Part shown: positions 45,590-61,307 of the stretch, piece by piece | Numbering within the stretch: the stretch's first letter is position 1 | Layout of the letters: every line of letters begins with the position of its first letter | Assembly: GCF_009914755.1 (NCBI RefSeq) | Contig: NC_060933.1 | From: the human T2T-CHM13v2.0 reference genome, Homo sapiens | Reading direction: 5' to 3' (one strand) | DNA length: 64,000 nt | Translations under genes and position numbers: made by a program | Notes under the pieces: model-generated | What the model saw: only the letters and a program-made list of their open reading frames with translations | Databases searched by the model: none | Told to the model about the DNA's origin: nothing

Positions 45590-45815
45590 CCGTGCTTCCC
45601 AAACTATCTGTGATGAAGGAACTTCGAGAAAAAATGTTCCAATCTGTCAGGAATGATATTTTTATAATATACACAGTCACAATGGGATGTAGGCAGTGTC
45701 AAATTGCTATGAAAGTTGCTAAATGCTTATCCTCAGTTCTATAGTTAGCGTGTCGTGTCCACAAACAGTGTGTGGCCCAGCACTGATCCTCGGACCGCGC
45801 CTTGGGTAGCGCGGG
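45590..45815. mobile_element. hAT-Charlie (Charlie4z-like) DNA transposon
   Basis: gtgcttcccaaactatctgtgatgaagga..; gtcaaattgctatgaaagtt; ends ggaccgcgccttgggtagc. Confidence 0.7.
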
Positions 45816-46163
45816 GTCAAGTCACAGCGTGTGACTCGCGGGGCCAGGATTTGGACCCAGAGGGTCTCGCTCCAGAGCGTGGGCTCTGAACCACTCACCA
45901 GAGGGGCATGGATCATGAGGACGGGCGGGGAAGGGTCTGCCCACTGAACACATTACATAACAAATATTCGAGGGAGAAGGGGAGAATGCAGGCTGGTGTC
46001 AGGACTGTCAGGCAGCCTCCAGCATGCGCAAAACAACAGCCAGTCTAATGGAGAGAACCGGAGCAAGGAAACGGGCGCTGGTGAGAGCTGTTGCTGTGGG
46101 GTTTGAATTCGGCCCCTTTGAGGCTCTTCGGGAGTCACAAGGACATTCAGAAAGTTCGTTTAA

Positions 46164-46913
<750 letters not shown>

Positions 46914-47134
46914 TCCCCTCCCAAAGAATTTAAAACACCACTAAATGGTTACCTCCTGAGGGTTCAGTGAATACTCCTTGGGTTAGTGAAGAATGAATAC
47001 ACAGATAAGTGATCAGCCATAAAGTCATCTTCCATGTCCACTGTGTGCAAGGCTCGAAGCAAATGTCAGATACAGAGGACCAGGAGGAGACCCAACCCCT
47101 CCAAATACCAAAGGGGGCCAACCAAAGAGGGTCA

Positions 47135-47311
<177 letters not shown>

Positions 47312-48937
47312 TTATATTTTCTTCATTGGATTCATCTATATTTTCTACAATATCTACAATAGGCATGCATTACTTATGTAATAACAATGAGATTCTTTTG
47401 GCAAAAATAAAACAGTTCCCACTTTAAGCCTGCCCCTAATTCAGCTGAAGAAAAGACGGTTGGCCCATTGAGGGTAAGGATACCACAGACAAAGGTGCTC
47501 AATAAATGTCTGGGTTACATTTTAGTCACGCACCAGGAGCAGAAAGGAGGAAGAGGCCTTTTTGAGAAGGGTTCCTTTTCTTTGTCTCTTTCTCTATCTC
47601 CTGCCCCTGCCGGTGCCGCCACCCCTAGTGTGGAAGCTCGCTGTGGACAAGGTCAGACTGCCTGGGGCTATTCCCTCCACTGGGGCAGGGTCTGTGACAG
47701 CCGCAGTTGCCCCAGGATGGCTGGGCAGGGTCGGCTCCTGCCTGGATGGCTGACGTCTCCTTCCAGTTCTTTGTTCAGTTTCCAGGGGGACCGGGGATGG
47801 GGAAAGGCAGGCAGCACAGCCCACGGACCTGCAGGGCCACAGCAGAGAGGCGCTGCTTCACGTCCCCCTGGGCCTCCGTGGCCCTGGCCCTGCACACAGC
47901 ACGGCTGCCTCCTCCCTCCGACTTATTTCTGGTCACCTGGCTGGTGGGTCCCTCGGGGCAGAGCGCAGGGTCCCCAGCTTTGCTCCTCGCTCTCCTCCCA
48001 GCTCCTGCCTCTCCTCTTTCTGGCTGCCTCAGTGGCTGCTCAAGGTCAAGGAACAAACAGATAAACCCTTTCTCTGGAGCCGGCTTGGAGAGGACGCCTC
48101 CAGCTACAATCCAATTCTGAGTCAGGGCCAGGGCTCTCTCTTTCCTGTGAATGTGAAGACAGGAAGGAAATTTTCGCAGCCATAAAATCGGTAAAAATGT
48201 TTTGTAGGCAGAGAAGAGGCCAAGCAGTTGGCTTTGGTTTAAGGCACAAACAGCAAACGGGAACGGTCAGACCCAGGGAGGGAGGGCCTGGGGGGTAAAC
48301 TCTAATATTCAGGCAGCCAGTGCAAGATTTTTTGTTGCCCCAGGGCCAGTCAGGTGTTGGACGTGGTGTGGAGGACACGGACTTGGTTCCCAGCTCACGG
48401 GGACGGGATGATGTGGGGGTCTGACCAGGCAGTTGAAGACTCGGGACTCTTCTAGGCTGTTAGCCAAGATGGCCCAGGGGCAGGAGCCAGGACTGTGGAT
48501 TCAGAGACGCAGTGTGGACGGCAATGAACTGGATGGCTCTCATGTCTTAGAGGGATGAACCTGGAGCCCAGAGGAGTGGACATGGGCCAGCCTGGGAAGG
48601 GTCATTCAGGCTGTGGCGGGGATTTAGGACTTTATCCAGAGGGCAGCGGGAGGCATGACAATGGAGAGGGGGACGTGGCCCAGCTTATGTGTTAGAAAGA
48701 CTCCTCTGACTGCACTGTGTGTGTGGCCTGGAGGCAGGAAGGGCAGAGAGAAGGCGGCTGCCATTCCCGCCCATGTAGGTGACCAGGCAGGGCGAGGATG
48801 GTGGAGAGTCCAGGTGTGCTGCGGGCAGAATCATTAGATGCTGGTGACTGGATATGGCGGGGTGCTGGGGAGAGAGGAAGGGGATAAGGCCAATACTCAG
48901 GAGCCCCAAGAGGAAGAAGAGGAGGAGGAGGCTTTAG

Positions 48938-49123
<186 letters not shown>

Positions 49124-49699
49124 TGAATATTTGGGGGGCTCTGGCCAAGTACATGGGGCAGGACACCAAGAAGGATAAGGCACAGCCCTGCCCAAAGAAG
49201 CTGGAATGCACACACGGCAACAGAAAGCTTGCAGGGGTGGAACTGCAGGTTTTAACTATGAGCATATTGGGAGTTCAAAGGATTGGGAAGCCTGGAGGGA
49301 CGTGGGGGACAGGCCTGTTTGGAAGGGCCGGTGGTAAACAGCCAGAGGACGAGGACCTGGCCTTCTGTACCTTCCACGTTCCCTTCTCGCTTGGCCCTGC
49401 TCCATGCCGGGCAGGTGGTCCCAGCTCCACGGCCTGGCCCTGCTGCCCACTCCAGCCTAAGTAGCGTCTCCTGTGCTCTGGTGGGCCACCCGCTCTGAAG
49501 TGACTGCCAGAATGCAACTGGATGGCCCTCAAGAGGCCTCTTGCCTCCTGTCCTCTGTTGGGAATACCTTCTCTTCCTCTCTAGCCTAGGAGCCTCCGAC
49601 TCATTCTCCTGTCTCAGCGTAGGTTTCTTCCTCCTAAAAGCCTTTCCTAGCCCCGAAACTGGGCTGAGTGCACCTCTCCTGTGCTGAAGAAATGTTCTT

Positions 49700-50490
49700 T
49701 GGATGGAAAGATGGAAGGATGAAGGGACAGAGGGATGCGGAGATGGAGGGATGGAGTATGGAGGGATGGGGGATGAGGAGATGGGGGATGGGGATGAAGG
49801 GATGGAGGGATGGGGATGAGAGATGGAGGGATGGGAGGATGGGGGATGGAGGGATGGGAGAATGGGGGATGGAGGGATGGAGGGATGGGGGATGGAGGGA
49901 TGGAGGGGTGGAAGAGGGGGGATGGGGGATAGAGGGATGGAGGGATGGAGTAGAGGGATGGGGATGGAGTGTGGAGGGATGGGGGATGAGGAGATGGGGA
50001 TGGGGGATGGAAGGGTGAGAGGGTAGAGGGATGGGGAATGGAAATATGAGGGATAGGGATGGAGGGTGGGGGATGGAGGGATAGGGGGATGGGAGATGGA
50101 GGGATGGTGGATGGAGGATGGGGGACTGGAAGATGAAGGGATGGGGGATGGGGGATTGGAGGATGGGATGGAGGGATTGGGGGATGGCAGATGGAGGGAT
50201 GGGGGATGGGAAGATAGGGAATGGAGGGATGAGGGATGAAGGGATCAGGGGATGGAGAGATGGGGAATGGAGGGATGGGGGATGGGAAGATGGAGAGATG
50301 GGGAATGGAGGGATGGGGGATGGGAAGATGGAGGGATGGGGGATGGGGATTGGAGGATGGAAGATAGAGGGATGGAGGGATCAGGGTATGGAAGGATGGG
50401 GGATGGGGGATGGAGGGATGGGGGATGGGAAATGGAGGGATGGGGATGTATGGTGAATGGATGAATTAATGGATGGATGGATAGGGGGAT
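49700..50490. repeat. G-rich (GGATGGAG/GGGGAT)n tract
   Basis: Directly visible. Confidence 0.95.
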
Positions 50491-50595
50491 GACTGGAGAT
50501 CTAGACAGACAGGCAGTTGATGGATGGAAGGGCAGACAGGCAAGTTGGGCAGGTGGAAGGGCAGGGGAGGAGTGGACTGGACAGAGGAAAGGGCA

Positions 50596-51225
50596 GGTGG
50601 TTGGTGGTGGAGGTGGAGGTGGTGGGTGGAGGTGGTGGAGGTGGTGGGTGGAGGTGGTGGAGGTGGTGGAGGTGGTGGGTGGTGGGTGGTGGAGGTGGTG
50701 GGTGGAGGTGGTGGAGGTGGTGGGTGGTGGGTGGTGGGTGGTGGAGGTGGTGGAGGTGGTGGGTGGAGGTGGTGGAGGTGGTGGAGGTGGTGGGTGGTGG
50801 AGGTGGTGGGTGGTGGAGGTGGTGGGTGGTGGAGATGGTGGGTGGAGGTGGTGGAGGTGGTGGTGGGTGGTGGAGGTGGTGGGTGAAGGTGGTGGGTGGT
50901 GGAGGTGGTGGATGGTGGGGGTGGTGGGTGGTGGAGGTGGTGGAGGTGGTGGAGGTGGTGGGTGGTGGAGGTGGTGGGTGGTGGAGGTGGTGGAGGTGGT
51001 GGAGATGGAGGTGGTGGAGGTGGAGGTGGTGGAGACGGTGGGTGGAGGTGGTGGGTGGAGGAGGTGGTGGGTGGTGGAGGTGGGTGGAGGAGGTGGTGTG
51101 TGGCAGTGGTGGGTGGTGGAGGCGGTGGGTGGCGGAGGTGGAGGTGGTGGATGGCAGTGGTGGGTGGAGGTGGTGGGTGGCAGAGGTGGCAGTGGTGGGT
51201 GGTGGAGGTAGTGGGTGGCAGGGTG
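50596..51225. repeat. (GGT/GGA/GGGT)n tandem repeat
   Basis: Directly visible; units such as GGTGGTGGA and GGTGGTGGGT. Confidence 0.95.
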
Positions 51226-53124
51226 GATGAATGGAAAGGAGACAAGGTTGGCTCAGGCAGGCTGAGGTTTGCCCTATCTCTCCATCCCCCCACCATGGAT
51301 TGGCAGAATGAGTAGGAATCTTTCTCTCCTGACTCCTCCTCAGACCCCTCAGCTTCCTCAGGGCACACCCTACACTGGATGGGACCCACTGGGCACTGCA
51401 GCCGGAGATGTAACTGGCACCAGGAACCTCCCTCCATCTTATCCGTGTCCCACAACTCTTCACCCGTGGGTGTCTTTTTGCCGACTGGTCTGATTACTGG
51501 CGAGAACCTGGTGTTTGGGGATGAAAGAAGTTCAGGTCTCCTCTACACATCCATTTTCTTCCTTCGTCCTTTCTCACCTTCTGCCTCCTCCTCCTCCTCC
51601 CATGTCTTTCCAGCAAAGCACAGGATACCCAGATGGCTTGGGCCAGGTTGAAGGCACAGCCATAGCCAGCAACCAGCCACCCGAGCCCTGCTGCCTTCGG
51701 CCCCAGCTGGCCCAGCCAGCGCGGGTCCCTGCTGCCTGGTGCCCACCCCACCCACCCGGCAGCTCCGATTTTCAGCTTGGGTTTGATCGGCTGCCAGGAT
51801 CTCCCAAATGTCAGCTGCAACGTTAGCATCTTTAAGAGAGCGCCCGAGGCGATCTTTAAGCTGGGAGGCTGGGGCCCCATGCTGATGAGAGGAGTCTGCT
51901 CTGAGCTGACAGCTCTGCCTCCTGCCTCCCCAGCCTCGGTTCTGGGAGCCTGTGGCCCCCACTCCTTCAGGCTGGACGGCAGCAGGACTCTTTTTTGAGC
52001 CTGGGTGAAGCAGGGCTTTGCCAGCTGAGATCAGTCCCTACAGCAGCCCGCACCAGGGAGCCCCAAGGAGGAGGGGAGAGGCCTAACCCAGAGAGGGAGT
52101 GGATGCATATTTGTTAACTGAATGGCTGCATGAACCTCCAAAGCTGCCTTAGAGTGCTGATGGCACTTTCTGCCCTGCCATCACCTTCAGGGGGAGATGC
52201 TCAGGGTGGGGACACAGGCAAAGGTGCCAAACTCTGGAGTCAGACCGAGGGGCCGGGGCTGGTGTCCCAGATCTAGCCTGTGGGAGCTGTGTGACCTTGG
52301 AGAAGTTGCCGGCCCTCTCTGAGCCTCAGCTTCCCCATCGGTGAAGCGTGTGTGCTAGGGGATAGAATGCCAGCTGCATAGAGTTGTTGGGGAATCCAGT
52401 GAGATGAAGAGATGGGAACACCTGCTACCTTACAGACACATAGTAAGTACTCAAGGAAGTCAGTCCCTTCCTCTTCCCCCCTCCCTTCCCTCTCCTCCCC
52501 TGCCCTTCCTTCTCCTCCCCCAGGGCTTTCTATGCCCTGTCACTGAAGGGCTGAAGCGCTCTCACTGTCTAAAGCCTCCATGTTTTCCCTTCCAACCCTC
52601 AGAAGGACAGGAGCGATTATTCTTATTCTGTTGTCAAGGGCCACACAGCAGGTTGGAAGCAGATGTGGAGGCTGCCCAGTTCCAGACCAGCTTGTCCTGC
52701 TAGTGCCTGGTCCCAGGACTGGCTCAGGTGCCCATGGCATGCTCCCCTGTGCCCTGATAATCGATGTCCTTTTGCAGGGTGGTGAGGCTCTGAGAGTGAG
52801 CTAGTGGCTTGTTCTTTTTCCACATTTTTGAGGCCTCTATCTTGGGGCTGAAATACCCAGGTGGAGAAGTGAGTGACTCCGGAAAGGAAGGAAAGAAAAG
52901 AACCCAGAGTCTAATTCCCACCCAAGTGGAGGTGAGGCGGGAAGAAGGGGGGCTTGACCCTCTTACGTGGGAGTTGCAGCCTTGGTGGGACCTGTCAGAA
53001 CTGGTGTGCTAAGCCAGGGGTGGGAGTCAGTGACTTCCACAGGGACAGTATCAGCAGTCAGCTCACAGAAGCATATGTTTCAGAACCAAAAGGTGTAGGA
53101 GCAAGGCTCAGAATAAAAATAAAA

Positions 53125-53761
53125 TGAATGGATGGTGGGCAGTGGTAGGTGGATGGATGGAAACATGCGTGGATTGAGAATGGGTGAATGGGTGATGGTT
53201 GGCTGGATGGATGGATGATGGATGGGTGGGTGAATGGAGGGTGGATGGCTGTATGAGTGGGTGGTGAGTGGATGAGTGTGTGGAAGGGTGAGTGCATAGA
53301 TAGGTGGATGGATGGGTAGATGGATGGATGGATGAGTAGATGGGTGGATGGATGGATGGACGGATGGATGGATGAGTGGAGGGATATGGGTGGGTGGTGA
53401 GTAGATGAATGTGTGGATGGGTGGGTACATAGACAGATGGTTGAATGGATGGATGGTGGATGAATGATGGATGGGTGGGTGGTGTGAGTGGATGCATGTC
53501 TGGATGGATGGGTGCATAGATAGGTGAATGGATGGGTGGATATGTGGATGGATGAGTGGATGGATGGATGGATAGATGGGTGAGTGGAGGGTGGATGACT
53601 ATATGGGTGGGTGGTGAGTGGATGAATGTGTGGATGGGTAGGTATATGAATGGATGGATGGATGGATGAGTAGATGGGTGGATGGATGGATGGATGGGTG
53701 AGTGGATGGATGGGTGGATGAATGGATGAGTAGATGGATGGATGGATGAGTGGGAGGGTAT

Positions 53762-53792
<31 letters not shown>

Positions 53793-54170
53793 AGTGGAGG
53801 GTGGATGACTATATGGGTGGGTGGTGAGTGGATGAATGTATGGATGAGTGGGTATATGGATGGGTGGATGGATGGATGAGTAGATGGGTGCGTGGATGGA
53901 TGGATGAGTGGACGGAGGGGTGGATGAATGGATGAGTAGATGGGTGGATGGTTGGATGGATAGATGGATGGATGGATGGATGATGGATGAGTGGATGGAT
54001 GTGTAGATGGGAAGATGGATTGGTGAGTGAGGTCTTGGATAGTTGGGTGGTGAGTGGATAAGTGAACGGACGGGTGGATAGAAGGGTGGGTGGATGGATG
54101 GATCAGCAGATGGATCAGCAGATGAGTGGGTGGAGGGGCAGATACATGGATGGGAGGATGGGCGGATAAA
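53125..54170. repeat. Degenerate (GGAT)n tract with internal block duplication
   Basis: Directly visible. Confidence 0.95.
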
Positions 54171-54492
54171 TAAGTAGGCAGGTGGAGGTAGCACTGGCAT
54201 ACAGCAAAGAGCACACTGTTTGAGACTCAGAATTCTATTCATAGCAAAATCCGACATGGAAAACATCCACACTCCTGAATCTGGAAAAATCTGGCTGATA
54301 CAAGTCGGGTTGAGACCATCTCTAAGGTCAAGGAAAAGTGGATTCTGATCCTAGTTCTCATGCTTGGTTCTGTGAGATCTGAGGCAAGTCACCACATCTC
54401 CCTAAGCCTCATTTTTTTCTATCTGAAAACGGATATAATAGCAGCATTCACCTTCCAGGATAGCCAGGACATCCTATGATAAAACGCATGTG

Positions 54493-54954
<462 letters not shown>

Positions 54955-56559
54955 TCAAGAACCCTGGGGAACAGGCAGGCTCACAGCCACGGCTGCTGCC
55001 TCCAGTGCGGTCGTTCTGTGGCCTGAGAGCGTCACGTGCTCCTCATCCTGGACCATCAGGGGCTGGCTCACCCATCACCAGCTGGGTGACCCTGGACCAG
55101 TGGCTTCACGCCCCTGGTCTTGGTGTCCTCACCTGTGAAACACGGGCCTGAGAGTTACCGAGGAGCTATGCAGTTTGTCTCCATATCACCATCTGGCTTG
55201 CCCCTAAGCCCCCTTTCGCCCCCTACCCCCACAGGGGCGAGGTCAGCACCCTCTGCAGCTGGAGCTTTGAATGTGGAAGCCTGGGGGAGGTTCTGGGGCT
55301 GACATGGGTGCTGAGCTGGGATGAAAGCACAGAACGCCTGGGGGGAGCCCCTCTCCCTCTCCCAGACTTTGCTCCCAACCCGTCCTGAGCTCCCCTGCTG
55401 GAGCCTCGAGGCAGGCCGAACTTTGCAGCCCTGTCTGCCCACGGTCCCTCCTGCTGTGACTCCCTGCAGCCTGCATTTCATAGTCAGTAGTGGGGGTGGG
55501 GGATCCTTGCTGTGGGCTGGAGAAGTCATGGGGCCCTCCTCACAGTGGAGCCTTAAGAGATTGCCCCTATAGCCCCTGCCCCCGGGGGACCCCGGATGCT
55601 TCGCTGATCCAAGGGGCACCCACAGAGTCCATGGAAGATTAGGCAGCCCCAGTGACGAGGTTGTTGGATCTGTGCCACTCAGACCTGAGCTCGGGAGAGG
55701 TGCCTGTGCGGAGGGGGTAGGATGGAGGTGCCCCAGGGGCAGCAACAACAGAAGGTCCCAGCTCCCTCCAGCCCTGGGCTACTTCCTCTCCTTCCCCAAC
55801 GGCTGCAGACTCTGGTTAAAATGGCACCTCCGCCATCTGTCGTCCCTCCCCCACCCCGTGGGCACGGCTGTGACGGGGGGGCTGGCTGGCCTCGTAAACA
55901 GGCGGCTGGCGGGTCCCCAGGGCCGGCGGGTGATAGGGCTTGTGCTGGCACCGAGGCCCAGCCAAGAGCTGGAGCCGGAGAGGCCCCAGGGCGGCCGAGC
56001 TGGGGGCGGGTAGGCAGGATACCAGGTAGCAGGAAGGTTTCCGCGCCTGAGGGGGCCTGGGTGGTGCCCCAGCTACCTGGCCGCTCCGGGACCTGTGGGG
56101 CCCCTTCTCCTAAGTATGCCCACCCCATCCCCAGCATCTCCAGTCCCGGCCCTCTCACATTCGCCTCACCGCGCTTCTGCTGCGCTTAGAGAATCTTAAA
56201 TCAACACTGGGGTGTGAGAAGCTCCATGGAGCCCCCCAACTCCCCCGCCACTGCAGCGTACACCATGCCGTGGGGATCCTTGCTTTACAACCAGGGAAAC
56301 TGAGGCCAGAGATCAGGGAGGTGGGAAGGCTGGGCGTGGACCAGAACTTTCCTCCACCTGGTTGCCAGCTAGTGGCGGTTGTGGGGTGAGGGGCTGTCCC
56401 AGGGGCCAAGCTCGGGGCCCTGACACTGTAAACAAGCCTCCCAGCCTCAGTTTTTCCATCTGGGGAATGGTGGAATCAAGGCGGCTGCGGAGGCGGGAGG
56501 GCTGTCCTGTGAGCCAGAGAGCACTGGGGACCTGCCGTTCTCTCACAGTCCCCTCACCT

Positions 56560-57400
56560 CTCCACGAGGGAGGACTCGGGGGAGCATCCCGGGAGGGGCT
56601 AGGGGTGGGCGCCAGGGGTGCCTGGGAGGGAATCTGTCCGGGTCAGTTCCCTGGCTACCCCTCCCTCCCCCTACCACGGTGCTGCCGGCCGCCCCCTCCT
56701 CTCTCCCGCCTTCTGACTGCCAGCTCCTCCCCGCAAAGCCCCCAGACCCCAGCTGCAGGGATTTACAGCTTTGACCAGCAGCTCAGCCTCCCCCTGCTCC
56801 TCCTCCCTCCTCCCCCGCCTGCATCTCCCCCCTCCAGCCTCCCTCCCTCCTCCTCTCCATCTTTCCCCTCCATTCTCCTCCTCCCTCCTCCTCCCCCCTC
56901 TCTCCTCCCCTCCCTTCCTCCCTCCGCCCTCCCGCTCCCTCCCTCCCGCTCTCCGGGGGAAGAAAGGTCACCGTGCAGCTGATTACTCAGAGCTCAGTTG
57001 CTGTAGCAACCGGCGGGGGAAGTGGGACAGGCTGGCTTTGAGGACGCGCGAGGTCGGCCGCGGGCGGCTGGAGCCGGCGCGGGCCTCTGTGCGCCGCGAG
57101 AGGGAGGCCGCCTGCAGCCCGGCTGCTCGGCCGCCGCGGGCCCGGCTCCGGGGGTTCAGTTTTAATGAAGAATCCCTGCTCCCTTCTCGCGCCCCTCCCG
57201 CTTTCTGCCCACCTCCCTGGGGTCTGGAAGGAGAGGGTCGCCCCTCCCCGCTTTGGCTGCTAAACTCTCTGGCTCTCCCCCCGGCCGCTGCCTGGGTTCT
57301 GGTGGCTTCCTTCCTCCTCCTTGTCTGTCGGAGCTCAAGGGACAAGCCCTTTCCCTGGCGCGTGCCTGGTGAAACCCTCGCACCCTTCCCCACCCCCACA
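56560..57400. promoter_or_regulatory. CpG island 3, promoter-like
   Basis: CpG-dense core 57010-57200; palindromic X-box GTTGCTGTAGCAAC (56997-57010); AAAGGTCA (56963-56970); pyrimidine tract 56787-56954. Confidence 0.8.
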
Positions 57401-57875
57401 AGCCTTTGGCATGGCCTGGGAGACTCCGGGCATCTTCAACCCAGCCAGGGACAAGGGTCCGCGGAGGGTCTGGAGCCCCTCGTGGGCCTGGTGCCCACGG
57501 AGTGCCCACCCCTGCCCTCCAGGAGCCCCTGGGAAGGCAGCACTCTGTTCAAGGAGGAAGCCAGACCCAGCTACAAGGGAGGGACCCTCGGCTGATGCAA
57601 AGAGGCCGGAGCCCGCATCCCAGCACCGCCCCCGCCGGCTGTCTGCTGGTTCCTTCTCCAAGGCCTTCAGAGAGGATCCCTGAAGCTTGGCAGGGACAGA
57701 CACAGGTTCTGGAGTGGGCTGGGCCTGAGTTCAAATCCCACACTCCAGTGGGACCCTCATCCACCGCTGATAGGAATGAGAAGTGGTTCGACTACTTTTG
57801 GAAAACATTTGGCACTTTTAAAAAAGTTGAACATACTCTTACCACGGATCTGACCATGGCACTCCGAGGCTTTTA

Positions 57876-58872
<997 letters not shown>

Positions 58873-59232
58873 TCACAGCAGCTTTATTTGTAAAAGGCGG
58901 AAACTGGAGACAGCACAGTGTTGCTCCGTCCCGCAGGCAAAGGGAGCAACAGGTTGTGGCACATCCGTCCCATGGAAGGCGACTCACCAACAGGAACGAC
59001 CGTGCACACAGCACCACAGCACCATGACCAGGAGAGGAGCCGGAACAACCGTGCACACAGCACCACAGCACCATGACTGGGAGAGGAGCCGGCAGCCACC
59101 AGCAAGGCATGGGGGATTGTGTCGGTGTGAAGTCCCGGAAGATGCGTGCGAGTCGGTAATGACAGAAAGCAGCTCTGTGGTTGCCTGGGGATGCTGGGGT
59201 CCAGGAAGGACTACAAATTGGCAATGGGAAAC

Positions 59233-59571
<339 letters not shown>

Positions 59572-60942
59572 TGAGGAAACTTTTGTTGGGACAGGAGGCA
59601 GTGGGGTGGGGTGGGGGTGGGTGTGTTCACCGTCTTGATGGTAGTGATGGTTTTAGGGGTGTGCTGCACCTGTGCCAAAGCTCATCAAGCTGTGCGATTT
59701 AAATATGTGCAGGTATCCAGTGTCCATTATGCCTCAATACATTGAAAAAGCAAATTCCTGCTCTACCATGTTGATGTTGGGTGGGTCACCTCATTTCTCA
59801 CTCATGACAATGGAAGAAGGATGGTACCAGCCTCCTGGGTTGGTTCTGAGAATTCAGTTACACAGTGTTGGTAAATTGTTCGGCTCCATCCTGGGCAAAT
59901 CATGGGTGCCTGATCCAGGGCAGATAACAGGACTGTAGGACTGCAGGACTGCAAGACAAAGCTGCTTCAGCTCGACCTCCACCACTCCTTCATGGCCTCC
60001 CATCAGAAGGGGAGCCCCTGCTCCGTGCCAGGCCTGGCCACTCCCTGGGTTAATAAGGGGGGAACAAGCCCTAACTCCATCCTCGTGGGCTGGCTGGGGT
60101 GACAGAGACAAACAGTGACAATTACAACCTAGGGAAGAGCGTTCCAGGCACGTGCAAAGGGCCTGTGCTGGTGGGACTACGGCACATTCCCGAATCCACA
60201 GGAAGGGCCTTTGTGGCTGAAGTGGGGGCAGCATGCAGGGCACAGACTGGCCCTGCCGTGCAGCTTCTTGTGGGACCTGCTCAGGGGTGAGCACGGGGCC
60301 TTGTGAGGGTGCCAAGCCCCTGAATGCGGCTTGGAGGAGGCTGTGGCGTTGGCTCTGTGTTGGTGGAAATTCCAGCTTCCCTCTTCACTGCCATTTACTT
60401 CCTGTAAGCCTCAGATTCCCTGTCTGGTGAATGGGGGTAAGGACCCCCAATGAGATCTGACACAGAGCTCGGTGTTTGGAGGTCTGGGTTATGTCCAACT
60501 CCCTTGCGTCTGTCACACTGTGTTATAGTTTTCAGCCTTTGGGTAACTTTCCCAGCCCAACTGTGGGTTCCCGGGGGCAGCGCCTGCAGCCTCTCCTCTC
60601 TGAGCCCCTGCACTTGGCACAGAGGCACAGCCCAGGGACCCAGTGACTATCTCAGGAGGTGAATGGAGTCCCCTGTGTAGCAGGAACAAAGCCCCTGCCT
60701 CCACAGGGTTCACTGTCTGGTTGGAAGACAAAGAGATGACTTCTTCCATGGTGGGCAGGTGCGGATCCCAGGAGCTCTCCAGAGGTGTTGAGACCTTCAT
60801 AACCTCCACCCTCAGCTCCTGGCTGGGGCCTTCTCTCAAGTTTAGAGCCAGCGTGGGCTATTTTCTTGGTTTTCTGAGCTGTAATTATGAACAGCTTTGA
60901 CCAGCCGGTTTTCATCCTTTGCTCATTAGAGAATGAAGCCTC

Positions 60943-61307
<365 letters not shown>

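Noticed and set aside
50466-54272. Pro/His/Thr- and Gly/Trp/Val-rich ORFs of 230-400 aa
   Set aside because: Artefacts of GGT and GGAT repeats
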